From an uncultured cyanobacterium (lineage in GTDB: Bacteria; Cyanobacteriota; Cyanobacteriia; Pseudanabaenales; Pseudanabaenaceae): DNA of 64,000 bases. The stretch's first letter is position 1. Every line of letters begins with the position of its first letter. The stretch is from contig OY969811.1 of NCBI GenBank assembly GCA_963703315.1, forward strand, positions 96,001 to 160,000, read 5' to 3'. The position numbers and the translations under genes were made by a program. The notes under the pieces were generated by a model, which was not told the origin of the DNA, ran no database searches, and worked only from the letters and a program-made list of their open reading frames with translations. Below are positions 30,669 through 39,646 of the stretch, one piece after another.

Positions 30669-31886
30669 ATGGAAACTGAAAAACTTAGTAATGATGACAC
30701 ATTAACTCCTAACAATGAAGTGCTAGAAAATGATATAGATCTAGATGACGAAGAAAGCTTAGACAGTTCGTCCAAAGACAGAAAACGGTCAAGAACTGTA
30801 CGAATATATCCTGCCAGTTCATTTTCAGATGCCTTAGAGCTTGGGGCAGAAATCTACAAACACGCAGGAGGTAAAATTCGCCGCTTAACGCTACTTGAAA
30901 AAATGGGACGTTCTCAGACTAGTAGTTCTACAAGACAAATGATAACTAATTCGGGAAAATATGGAATAACTAAAGGTTCATATACTTCCGAACACCTTGA
31001 ATTAACACCAGAAGGGATAGCTATATTTGATCAATCAATCTCATCTCGTGACTTACTTCAAGCAAAATTTCAGCTTGCGATTACTCAAATCCCTCCTTTT
31101 AAAAATCTATACGATGAATATGCTGGGAAACGTCTTGCGGCACCAGAGGTGATGAGGGATTTCCTTCGAGAAACTAATGAAAAAGTCGTCGATTTCAAAG
31201 AATGTATAGACTTTTTTATTGTTAATGTTAAAGACTTAGGACTTCTTCGGACTATTGGAGGAGCAGAAACATTAATCCCAATAGAACAGGCTCTTGAAGA
31301 GACTCCAAGTAAATATACTGAGCGCAGTTCTAAGTCCATTGTTCTTCAGACAATAGAACCTAAAACTTCTGGACAAATTAATCAAGAAAATAATTCGATT
31401 TGGGATAGTATCTGTTTTTACATTACCCCCATCGGGAAAGAAGATAGCGAAGAAAGAAAACATTCTGATTTGTTTCTTAGTTCTCTGGTAGAGCCAGCAG
31501 TTTCCGAATTGAATTTGCGAGTTGTGCGTGCTGATCAAATTGGCGAACAAGGATTAATAACAGCACAAATAATTGAATACGTTAAGAACTCTCGACTTGT
31601 TATTGTTGATTTATCCTTTTTAAACCCTAATGTTTTCTATGAAATGGCACTTCGACACTCCTGTAAATTGCCTGTCGTTCATATTATTAGAAAAGCCGAC
31701 CAAATACCATTTGATGTAAGCCAAAGTCGTTGTATTATCATTGACAATACAGATCTTTATTCTTTTGTTCCAAAAATTCAAACTTATCAAGCTGAAATTG
31801 CTGCTCAAGCTAGAAAAGCTATCGAAGATCCTGAGCATAGAGGTAATCCGATCACCGTCTTTTATCCTGATTTTTGGAGTAAATAG
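30669..31886 (+). CDS. Putative winged-helix + nucleoside 2-deoxyribosyltransferase/TIR-like domain protein
   Basis: C-terminal CFYITPIG...LVEPAV...VVRADQ...ITAQIIEY...VIVDLS..NPNVFYEMALRH...PFDV, with conserved Glu325. N-terminal YP..F.DAL...KYGI...LELTPEG helical domain and an acidic N-tail. Confidence 0.7.
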   Translation: METEKLSNDDTLTPNNEVLENDIDLDDEESLDSSSKDRKRSRTVRIYPASSFSDALELGAEIYKHAGGKIRRLTLLEKMGRSQTSSSTRQMITNSGKYGITKGSYTSEHLELTPEGIAIFDQSISSRDLLQAKFQLAITQIPPFKNLYDEYAGKRLAAPEVMRDFLRETNEKVVDFKECIDFFIVNVKDLGLLRTIGGAETLIPIEQALEETPSKYTERSSKSIVLQTIEPKTSGQINQENNSIWDSICFYITPIGKEDSEERKHSDLFLSSLVEPAVSELNLRVVRADQIGEQGLITAQIIEYVKNSRLVIVDLSFLNPNVFYEMALRHSCKLPVVHIIRKADQIPFDVSQSRCIIIDNTDLYSFVPKIQTYQAEIAAQARKAIEDPEHRGNPITVFYPDFWSK

Positions 31887-31966
31887 TGATTTAAATATTA
31901 TTATTCAATCGATTTTATTAGTAATGATTTGTATTTCTATCTAAAACCAGTGATAAAGATTTCAAC

Positions 31967-32035
31967 ATGCAGACAAACCTAGTAATCGTAAAGTTATATC
32001 TACCTTTTGAATCGCTCATCAACATAATGCGATGA
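31967..32035 (+). pseudogene. Truncated degenerate copy of the 5' end of the 32714 gene
   Basis: MQTNLVIVKLYLPFESLINIMR* versus MNTNQVTVNLSLPFESLVEMMRSL; both share CTACCTTTTGAATCGCTC. Confidence 0.7.
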
Positions 32036-32105
32036 GATCGCCGCAAAGAAGAACACTTGATTAAGCCATAATTAGCATTGAACCACAATTTTTAGGAGTA
32101 AAAAC

Positions 32106-32453
32106 TTGAAATTGCCGAATTATGATCAAGCAAATGTTCCAGAATCTAAAATCACCAAATATCTATTATCGACTACCCATGAAGATGGAAAAAGCAAAGA
32201 GCAATTTTTTACGTCATTTGGATTCTCAATCTCAGGATGGGAAACAATGGCAAATTCTCTATGTCTTCACGCTGCTTCACATGAAGTATCTGAAATCAAA
32301 GAAACTACTTTTGGCACTAAATATATTATAGAAGGAGAAATAGAAACACCTGATGGGAGAAATCCTTATATACGATCTGTTTGGATAATTGAAGATGGCG
32401 AAAGTATTCCAAGTTTTGTTACTGCACATAAATTAAGGAGACGTAGACAATGA
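32106..32453 (+). CDS. DUF6883-like putative toxin
   Basis: KLPN...KITKYLL..H.DGKSK..FF..FGF...FGTKYIIEG...PDGR...SVW. Overlaps the next gene by ATGA. Confidence 0.7.
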   Translation: MKLPNYDQANVPESKITKYLLSTTHEDGKSKEQFFTSFGFSISGWETMANSLCLHAASHEVSEIKETTFGTKYIIEGEIETPDGRNPYIRSVWIIEDGESIPSFVTAHKLRRRRQ

Positions 32454-32674
32454 TTAAAGAATTAGACCGTGTTGTATTAGCCGCTCGCATTGATGAAGCA
32501 GACTTAGAAATTGGAGATATTGGCACTGTGGTATTTGTTTATAAACAACAGAAAGGCTATGAAGTCGAATTTATGACCCTCACAGGAGAGACAGTTGCCG
32601 TTGTTTCTGTATTGCCATCACAAGTTAGAACAATCCGCGATCGTGAAATCGCTCATGTCAGGGCGATCGCCTGA
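32450..32674 (+). CDS. DUF4926 family protein (putative antitoxin/immunity partner)
   Basis: MIKELDRVVL...GDIGTVV...YEVEF...GET. Confidence 0.8.
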   Translation: MIKELDRVVLAARIDEADLEIGDIGTVVFVYKQQKGYEVEFMTLTGETVAVVSVLPSQVRTIRDREIAHVRAIA

Positions 32675-32713
32675 TCGCTAAAGCTACCGATTTTGTTAAT
32701 TTATTCTCTTAGT

Positions 32714-32983
32714 ATGAACACAAACCAAGTAACCGTAAACTTATCTCTACCTTTTGAATCGCTCGTTGAAATGATGCGATCTTTGGAGATACAAGAGAAA
32801 ATAAAACTGAGAGACCTGTTAAACCAAGAAATCATTGCAAGTCAAGAACAAAAACTAGATCCTGCTGTAGAATGCTTTCAACGAGGCTGGGACGATGTTA
32901 TGAATGGTAGAACTCATCCAATCTCTGAACTTTGGGATGGAATTGAAGTTTTAGAAGTTCGGCGCATTATTGGAAAAACTTAG
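32714..32983 (+). CDS. Small antitoxin-like protein, apparently orphan
   Basis: C-terminal FQRGWDDVMNGRTHPISELWDGI resembles cyanobacterial antitoxins found upstream of RelE-like toxins. Confidence 0.5.
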   Translation: MNTNQVTVNLSLPFESLVEMMRSLEIQEKIKLRDLLNQEIIASQEQKLDPAVECFQRGWDDVMNGRTHPISELWDGIEVLEVRRIIGKT

Positions 32984-33006
32984 CAAACACTATAAAGAGA
33001 TACAAA

Positions 33007-33258
33007 ATGTTAACTACTGTTGAAGGAATTTATCGCAATGGACAAGTAGAACTTATAGAAAGCCCAAACAATCTACTTGAAGGAACGCGAGTAATTGTTA
33101 CTTTCCTAGAAACGAAAACAATTGACCTAGCCTCTCAAGGCATTGACAAATCCCAAGCAGAACTCTTGCGAACAAGTCTAGCCACCTTTGCCGAAGACTG
33201 GAATAGCCCCGAAATGAGCATTTATGATGACTATGACGCAGCCAAAGCCAAACTTTAA
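33007..33258 (+). CDS. Putative antitoxin of the downstream PemK/MazF toxin
   Basis: MLTTVEGIYRNGQVEL N-terminus and FAEDWNSPEMSIYDDY C-terminus; overlaps the toxin gene. Confidence 0.7.
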   Translation: MLTTVEGIYRNGQVELIESPNNLLEGTRVIVTFLETKTIDLASQGIDKSQAELLRTSLATFAEDWNSPEMSIYDDYDAAKAKL

Positions 33259-33595
33259 ACGGGGCGATATAGTTCTCGTATTATTCCCAAACTCTGACTT
33301 GACAACCGCCAAAACCCGCCCCGCGATAATTGTGCAAGCAGACAATTTGCAAACAGGACTACCCCAAATTATTGTCGCCATGATTACCAGTCAGATGTTT
33401 CGGGCAGGTCAGCCCAGCCGCGTTAGTATTTTACGAAACTCGCCAGAGGGGCAACATTCAGGACTACTCGTTGATTCTGTAATCATGACCGACAATTTGG
33501 CAACGATCGCCACATCAGCAATTTATCGATTGATTGGTTCGATTTCAACAGAAAATGTTGATGTAGCCCTGAAACATACTCTCAATTTGCAGTAA
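33224..33595 (+). CDS. PemK/MazF-family toxin (mRNA interferase)
   Basis: FKRGDIVLVLFP-SD...KTRPAIIVQ...AMITS...SGLLVDS. Confidence 0.88.
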   Translation: MMTMTQPKPNFKRGDIVLVLFPNSDLTTAKTRPAIIVQADNLQTGLPQIIVAMITSQMFRAGQPSRVSILRNSPEGQHSGLLVDSVIMTDNLATIATSAIYRLIGSISTENVDVALKHTLNLQ

Positions 33596-33682
33596 AAATA
33601 GTTTTTATTGGGCGATCGCATTGCAAATCAGAAAATAGGCGATCGCTCAATAAAAAAGGTATATGTAATTCTAGCCGTTTAA

Positions 33683-33790
33683 GCAGGTCGAGTTAAATCC
33701 GTTGAAGAAGTGCGATCGCAGTTTGGACTTCAAGCATGAACGTATTTTGGACAAACAAAGCGATCAAACAGTTGACAGCAATTCGCGAAA
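33683..33790 (+). pseudogene. Remnant of a ParD/ParE(RelE)-type TA pair
   Basis: Antitoxin-like tail AGRVKSVEEVRSQFGLQA* overlaps by ATGA (33736) with a toxin-like N-terminus MNVFWTNKAIKQLTAIRE. Confidence 0.55.
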
Positions 33791-34972
33791 TCAATAATGC
33801 GTCACCCTTTGGTAGAGATCGGCAGTAAGTTGAGCTATCTTATCCCAAGTAAATTTTGCATATAACTTTTGTTGCCCAGCTTGTCCCATTTCTTGAGCCT
33901 GACTAGGATTTTGTAATATTTGACAGATGGCATCGACAATTTCCGCAGGGTTTTGATGCACAAGATAGCCATTAATACCATGATCAACCACTTCAGAGAC
34001 CGCAGGAATATTACACCCGATCACAGGTTTGGCAAAGTGCCAAGCTTCGGTAAAAACACCGCCAAAACTTTCTTGACTAGATGGCACACAAAGGAGAGTA
34101 CAAGCAGCTAGGGCGTTGGTTTTATCCTGAAGGTTTAGGGAGCCGAGACGATGAATTCTAGAGTCTTGATTTTTAAAATACTTTTCCGAGTCAGCAACAG
34201 TTGGTCCCACAAACACAAATTGCGCTTCAGGAAATTTTTGCCAGACGAGGGGCGCAGCTTGCAAAAGTTGTTGATATCCCTTATAGGGATAATGCTGTGC
34301 TAAAAACAGAATAATAGGATCAGAAATTTTATAGGTTTCTTTAAAGACTTGACTATCAGCATTTTCGGCTAAGGCTGGACCAATACCTGTAACTGTAATG
34401 CGATCAGGCTGCACACCTAGTTTAATTAAAGTTTGTTTTTCAGTTTCCGTGAGCGCAATGATCGCATCAGCAAGTTGATAGAGTTTGAGATAAGCACGAT
34501 ATCGCCAACCTACCCATCGAGGATGATGCACAGGATTAAAAATGAAGGGAATATCGTACTTTTTCGCAGTGTGGTAAGAGGCATAGCTCAATCCCTCGCG
34601 CCCAATGCGGATGTTGTGGATCAGGTCGGCTGATTGGGCATAACTATCGAGATATTTACCGATACACTTAGCGATCGGTGGTAGAGCCACATCCATCCAA
34701 GGATAGTAAAGTGGTAGATAAGGAAGCAGTTTTGCTTTATCGGCGATCGCCATTCCCATTCGATGCACAGGAATATCTTCAATAATGTAGTCATAACTTT
34801 GTGAAGGAGCCTTAACCGTAGTCCCCATTAACCAGTCAGTCCGATTTTGATTCCAATGCGTAAAAACTTGAATTTGGTGCTGTTGTTTGAGTTGCTGAGC
34901 GATCAAATGTTGATGGAGTTGTGCGCCACCAATAGCAGGAGGATAAGTTGTTAAAGTATAAAGAAGTTTCAT
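33791..34972 (-). CDS. Glycosyltransferase family 4
   Basis: YPPAIGGAQ; PSSQESFGGVFTEAW; HGINGYLV. Confidence 0.9.
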   Translation of the reverse strand: MKLLYTLTTYPPAIGGAQLHQHLIAQQLKQQHQIQVFTHWNQNRTDWLMGTTVKAPSQSYDYIIEDIPVHRMGMAIADKAKLLPYLPLYYPWMDVALPPIAKCIGKYLDSYAQSADLIHNIRIGREGLSYASYHTAKKYDIPFIFNPVHHPRWVGWRYRAYLKLYQLADAIIALTETEKQTLIKLGVQPDRITVTGIGPALAENADSQVFKETYKISDPIILFLAQHYPYKGYQQLLQAAPLVWQKFPEAQFVFVGPTVADSEKYFKNQDSRIHRLGSLNLQDKTNALAACTLLCVPSSQESFGGVFTEAWHFAKPVIGCNIPAVSEVVDHGINGYLVHQNPAEIVDAICQILQNPSQAQEMGQAGQQKLYAKFTWDKIAQLTADLYQRVTHY

Positions 34973-35112
34973 TAAAAAATCTTGTTTTCCACATGATGAA
35001 TCTTCTCAAATACCTTATAGTTATTTTCGATAAGCGTATGAGGAAGAATTTACTTGTTATTAGTATAAGGTTTTAGTATTCATACCTTGTTGAAACTTAC
35101 CGTATAGTTAAT

Positions 35113-35820
35113 ATGACTCAAGAACTAAAGAAACTACTTGAACTGACAATTCCTAATGATCATAGTAATCAAGTAACATCAGAATACTATATCGATCAAT
35201 TACTTACTAACAAGAGTAATGATGAATTAAAGGTTCTAGATTTAGGTTGTGGCTCAGGTAGATCAATTCATACTTTTAGATTAAGAAACTCCAAAATAGA
35301 ATGGTTCGGCTTAGATATAGCAAGTTCTTCAGAAGTTGATTCACGAGATAGAAATGATGCCAGTTTTTATACGTTTGACGGTATTAATATACCTTTTGAA
35401 GACAACTATTTTGATATAGTCTATTCTAATCAAGTATTTGAACACGTAAGATATCCTACGGAATTACTTGAAGAAGTTTATAGAGTCTTAAAAAGTGGGG
35501 GCTATTTTATTGGTTCTGTATCCTATTTAGAACCTTTCCATTCTCTTAGTTTCTGGAATTATACTCCCTATGGTTTTAAAGTACTAGTTGAAAAATCTGG
35601 GCTTATCTTAAAAGAGATACGTCCTAGTATTGATTCTATAACACTAATCATTGCTGTAGGTCTGGGTATCCCAAAATTCTTTAGAAGATGGTGGCAACAA
35701 GAATCTCCTTTAAATTACTTAATTGGCATAGCTGGAAAACTAAAAAAGTTTGACCATGCTAAAATCAACTCCACAAAACTAATGTTTTGTGGTCAATTTT
35801 GTTTTTTGACAATTAAATAG
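35113..35820 (+). CDS. Class I SAM-dependent methyltransferase
   Basis: VLDLGCGSG; PFEDNYFD; QVFEHV. Confidence 0.88.
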   Translation: MTQELKKLLELTIPNDHSNQVTSEYYIDQLLTNKSNDELKVLDLGCGSGRSIHTFRLRNSKIEWFGLDIASSSEVDSRDRNDASFYTFDGINIPFEDNYFDIVYSNQVFEHVRYPTELLEEVYRVLKSGGYFIGSVSYLEPFHSLSFWNYTPYGFKVLVEKSGLILKEIRPSIDSITLIIAVGLGIPKFFRRWWQQESPLNYLIGIAGKLKKFDHAKINSTKLMFCGQFCFLTIK

Positions 35821-35823
35821 AAG

Positions 35824-36669
35824 TTAATTCTTATAGATAACTGCTTGTAATGCTGCACCTAAACCCAAAACAGGTGCAATTCGATATACTATTTTAACAA
35901 TTTGAGGTAAAGGTGGAACCCAGTTAGAAACCTTTTCTATTGTATAAGGTGCATTACTGAAGACCTCAAATCTATTGAAATTTGCAATTTTTAAAGCATA
36001 TTGAAGAGAAGATGTGTCAAAGTAGTTTATATGTTCTGGCGGAATAATATGAGACCATTTTTTGCCCCTAACTCTTGCACCTAAGCTTCCTATATTTGGA
36101 GTTTCAATAAACGCCATTCCTTGAGGCTTCAATAGTGATCTAATTTTTTCTAATGTGGGAATAGGGTTAATTAAATGTTCTATAACATGATAAATAGTAA
36201 TTAAGTCAAAAGAATTTTCTGGAATATCTAACGATAATATGTCGCCAGTAAAAATCTGACTTCCTAAATTTTGAGTAGCTTGATTAGCTGCCTTAGAGGA
36301 AATTTCTGTTCCTGTAACTTGCCATCCATCACTCCTTGCTAAACCTAATAAATCACCTAGACCACAACCAATATCAAGAAATGTTCGCTCTGGTTTATTC
36401 AATAATTCAGGGTTATATTTTTTAATTATTTGTTTTAATTCTTTATATCTATTAATCGAAAAGTTTTTGTCAGACATTGTACTTTGCTCGTAGTCTTGAC
36501 GATAAGATTGGCGATCGTAAAAATCTACTAGTTCTTCTGGTGTTGGGCGAGGAGTATAAAAAACTAATTGGCAATTCTGACAGGTCAGCAGCTTGCCTTG
36601 ATCGATTGTATAAAGATGTTTATGTTGAGTGTATTTACACACTGGGCATATATACATATTCAAATCCAT
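35824..36669 (-). CDS. Class I SAM-dependent methyltransferase with N-terminal Cys cluster
   Basis: CPVC...CQNC; FLDIGCGLG; HVIEH; ETPN; PPEHINYF. Confidence 0.88.
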   Translation of the reverse strand: MDLNMYICPVCKYTQHKHLYTIDQGKLLTCQNCQLVFYTPRPTPEELVDFYDRQSYRQDYEQSTMSDKNFSINRYKELKQIIKKYNPELLNKPERTFLDIGCGLGDLLGLARSDGWQVTGTEISSKAANQATQNLGSQIFTGDILSLDIPENSFDLITIYHVIEHLINPIPTLEKIRSLLKPQGMAFIETPNIGSLGARVRGKKWSHIIPPEHINYFDTSSLQYALKIANFNRFEVFSNAPYTIEKVSNWVPPLPQIVKIVYRIAPVLGLGAALQAVIYKN

Positions 36670-36671
36670 AG

Positions 36672-37568
36672 CTACAAATATTCTCTTAGCTTATGCTTAA
36701 CTCGAGACCAGATGCTAAATAGTTTCTTATAGGTAAAATCATCAGCTTGACGATCGCGTATAACAAAGGGTGGATGTTTTAGGGGAAACTGCATAGTTTC
36801 CGTAGGCATATTCGCAAGAGGACTATTTTTATTTTTTGTATGTGTACTTGATTCGCGATCAAAACCAATATTAGAAACTAAGTTTTGATTCGGCAGAATA
36901 GTTAATCCACTTTGCAGCCAGCAGCTTAATGTCCATGGATAGCCCCAATCATCAAATTTTCCTGCATAGGTCTGTTGAAGTTTATGCTTCCAGTATTTTA
37001 CTGCTGCTTTATTTTGCAAAATATCATTTAACCAACCATCATCGCAAATAGTTTCCCATAATTTCATGTCCCCATCATAATGCTGCCAAGCTCGCCGCCA
37101 TGTAGCCCAACCCCATAAATGGTTATAGAGAGAATAATAATAACTGTAATTAGTGCGCTGTTTGCCAAACTGAAAATTATCACCTGATATAGCAAAAATA
37201 CGCTGATCATCTCGATATTTCTCTAATAATTCTTCGCAAAATGGAAAGAAAGAGCGATCGGGTAAGCAATCATCATCAAGAATAATCGCTGACTCCACCT
37301 GACTAAATACCCAGTCTAGCCCTGTCGATGTTCTCTTTTTACATCCTAAATTAATGTCTGAATAATTAGTCAATAATTCACATTGCCAATCTACTGAGTC
37401 AATAACTTTTCTAGCTTGTTGACATTTTTCAAACTCCCCTTGCTTATTTTTTCTATGACCATCAGCAATCACAAAAAGTTGAAGTGGTTTAATGTGTCGA
37501 ATCACCTCAAAAACTTTTTGAGTCGTATCTGGGCGATTAAAAATAATTAGAACAACAGGGGTTTTCAT
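36672..37568 (-). CDS. GT-A fold glycosyltransferase (HlpA-like)
   Basis: IIFNRPD; IADG; AIILDDDCLP; WGWATWRRAW; NLVSNIGF. Confidence 0.85.
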   Translation of the reverse strand: MKTPVVLIIFNRPDTTQKVFEVIRHIKPLQLFVIADGHRKNKQGEFEKCQQARKVIDSVDWQCELLTNYSDINLGCKKRTSTGLDWVFSQVESAIILDDDCLPDRSFFPFCEELLEKYRDDQRIFAISGDNFQFGKQRTNYSYYYSLYNHLWGWATWRRAWQHYDGDMKLWETICDDGWLNDILQNKAAVKYWKHKLQQTYAGKFDDWGYPWTLSCWLQSGLTILPNQNLVSNIGFDRESSTHTKNKNSPLANMPTETMQFPLKHPPFVIRDRQADDFTYKKLFSIWSRVKHKLREYL

Positions 37569-38680
37569 TGCTTTTCAGTAATTCTATAATACAAGGATAA
37601 AAACTTTTCTGATTGAATTGTTTCTGAAAAATATTCAGTTACTCTTTTCTTCCCTAAAGTTCCCATGCGCTTTATCAGATTTGTATCTTCTAGCAAACTA
37701 AGTAACTTAGATACAAACTTGTCAACATCTTGGCTAGGACAAATGAACCCAGTTTGTCCTTCTATAACTGATTCTGGTAATCCACCTATATCTGAAACAA
37801 CACAAGGCAACCCATAGCTCATAGCTTCTAAAACTGCAATACCTTGACTTTCTACTAAGCTAGGTTGAAGGTATATAGATGATTTAGCATAATATATATC
37901 TACATTTGTACAATTGCCTTTAAATATAACTTGATGACTTAAACCAAGTTCATCAACCTTAGCTTTCATTTCATTCAATAAATCACCTCCCCCTAACCAA
38001 ATAAATTTTACTGATGATTTCTTTTTAATTAATTGTTGTGCAATTTTTAACCAAAAATCAGGATTTTTGTACCATGTAACATGACCTACTGTCAAAATTA
38101 TTTGTGAATCTAAATTTGAGTAATGCTCAGAATATGGAACTGCATTAGGAATAACATCAACTACTTGATAAGGAATCTTGAAATATCTACTGATAAAATT
38201 TGCAGAAGCTTGGGACACAGTAACAAAGTACTTCTTATTTCCTATAAATCGAGAAATAAAGTAGTAAATACCTATCAAAAAAACTGATAATTTGCTAACA
38301 AATAGTTTTGAGATTGGATAAGTATGCATAGTAAACACTATCGAGCAGGGAAATACCAATACTCCTAACATCAAGCCTGGAGTTCCATTTGAAACATGAA
38401 TAATATCTGGTTTAAATGTATAAAAGCTTTGACAAACAAAAAAAATATCAAAAATTAGTGATAAATAAGGCAAGTTAAATAATTTATGTCTATTACACAC
38501 CTTAAATATTTTAATATTTTGCTCTTCTAATTGTTTAACTAGACCAGAGTTTAATTGCTCTTTCGCCAAGACAACAGCCGTTTCTATATTGTGATCAAGA
38601 TGTATCTTTATTAGAGCCTCAAAAAAACGAAATGTTCCAGATTGTCGATTACTAAATTCGGGAATAATTAATATTTTCAT
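37565..38680 (-). CDS. Glycosyltransferase family 4
   Basis: PSLVESQGIAVLEAMSYGLP; GGLPE. Confidence 0.9.
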   Translation of the reverse strand: MKILIIPEFSNRQSGTFRFFEALIKIHLDHNIETAVVLAKEQLNSGLVKQLEEQNIKIFKVCNRHKLFNLPYLSLIFDIFFVCQSFYTFKPDIIHVSNGTPGLMLGVLVFPCSIVFTMHTYPISKLFVSKLSVFLIGIYYFISRFIGNKKYFVTVSQASANFISRYFKIPYQVVDVIPNAVPYSEHYSNLDSQIILTVGHVTWYKNPDFWLKIAQQLIKKKSSVKFIWLGGGDLLNEMKAKVDELGLSHQVIFKGNCTNVDIYYAKSSIYLQPSLVESQGIAVLEAMSYGLPCVVSDIGGLPESVIEGQTGFICPSQDVDKFVSKLLSLLEDTNLIKRMGTLGKKRVTEYFSETIQSEKFLSLYYRITEKQ

Positions 38681-38698
38681 TTTTCAATATTTATATAA

Positions 38699-39631
38699 TC
38701 AAGAAAATTCCTTCTGAAAGATAAACTTTATCCATGCTTCAAAATAACCGTAGGCTTCACCAATATTAATAATTATCCATGACATCAGATATATTTTAAT
38801 TCTTGTCAACAAAGATATTTGCTGCGACGGGAAGGGTAACAACTTCCAGTTTGGTTTACGCAGTGAGCCTACTATTTTAAGACATCTTAGGGGATGTTTC
38901 CAGCCATATTTACCCGTCCATTTTGGATTTTGTTGACACAATATAAAAATTCCCTTTCCATCTCTTTTTGACCTGTGCCACATTTCCTTAAAAGTTTTGC
39001 GAGGAGGATGCCAGACGATTACTTTATCCGCATAGGCTAGAGTAACTCCTAATCGAGTCGCTCTCATCCCAAATTCCATGTCTTCAACTGATGCTTCAGG
39101 AAAAGTTTCGTTAAATGTACCAACCTTCTTAAAAACATCTCGTTTGACAAACAAATTAGGTGTGATACAAGCACCTACACCATTTATTACACTTTCTTGA
39201 TCGTAGCAAAATAGAGCCTCAATCAAAGAATAAATAGAACTGTCATAGGTAAGCGGTCTAATATTAATTCTTCCACCTACTCTATCTACATTGTTATCTT
39301 GCATAAATTGAATACCTTTTTGTAGCCAGTCAGATTCTGGAATACAATCACCATCAATAAAAGCAAGTATCTCGCCTGTGGCAATTTCAATACCTTTATT
39401 GCGAGTTGCAGCAACGCTTTGGATTTTGTCTTGATTTACAACCGTTATGTTAGAGAAATGTGTAAACTTTTTAGCGATTTCTAATGAGTCATCGGTTGAA
39501 TTATTATCAACAATAATAATTTCTATTCTCTGTTCATTATCTTGAGATTGTAATGCTGAAATGAGATCTACAATATTAAATGAACAATTATATATAGGCG
39601 TGATAATGCTGACTCTAGGATATTGCTCCAT
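38699..39631 (-). CDS. Glycosyltransferase family 2
   Basis: SIITPIYN; VDNNSTD; RNKG; AFIDGDC; EDMEFG. Confidence 0.9.
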   Translation of the reverse strand: MEQYPRVSIITPIYNCSFNIVDLISALQSQDNEQRIEIIIVDNNSTDDSLEIAKKFTHFSNITVVNQDKIQSVAATRNKGIEIATGEILAFIDGDCIPESDWLQKGIQFMQDNNVDRVGGRINIRPLTYDSSIYSLIEALFCYDQESVINGVGACITPNLFVKRDVFKKVGTFNETFPEASVEDMEFGMRATRLGVTLAYADKVIVWHPPRKTFKEMWHRSKRDGKGIFILCQQNPKWTGKYGWKHPLRCLKIVGSLRKPNWKLLPFPSQQISLLTRIKIYLMSWIIINIGEAYGYFEAWIKFIFQKEFS

Positions 39632-39646
39632 ATTGTTTTATTTCGT

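Noticed and set aside
29710..31886. Labelling the pair as canonical Thoeris thsA/thsB
   Set aside because: The partner has an NDT-like signature and a large N-terminal domain rather than a recognisable ThsB TIR, so gene symbols were withheld.
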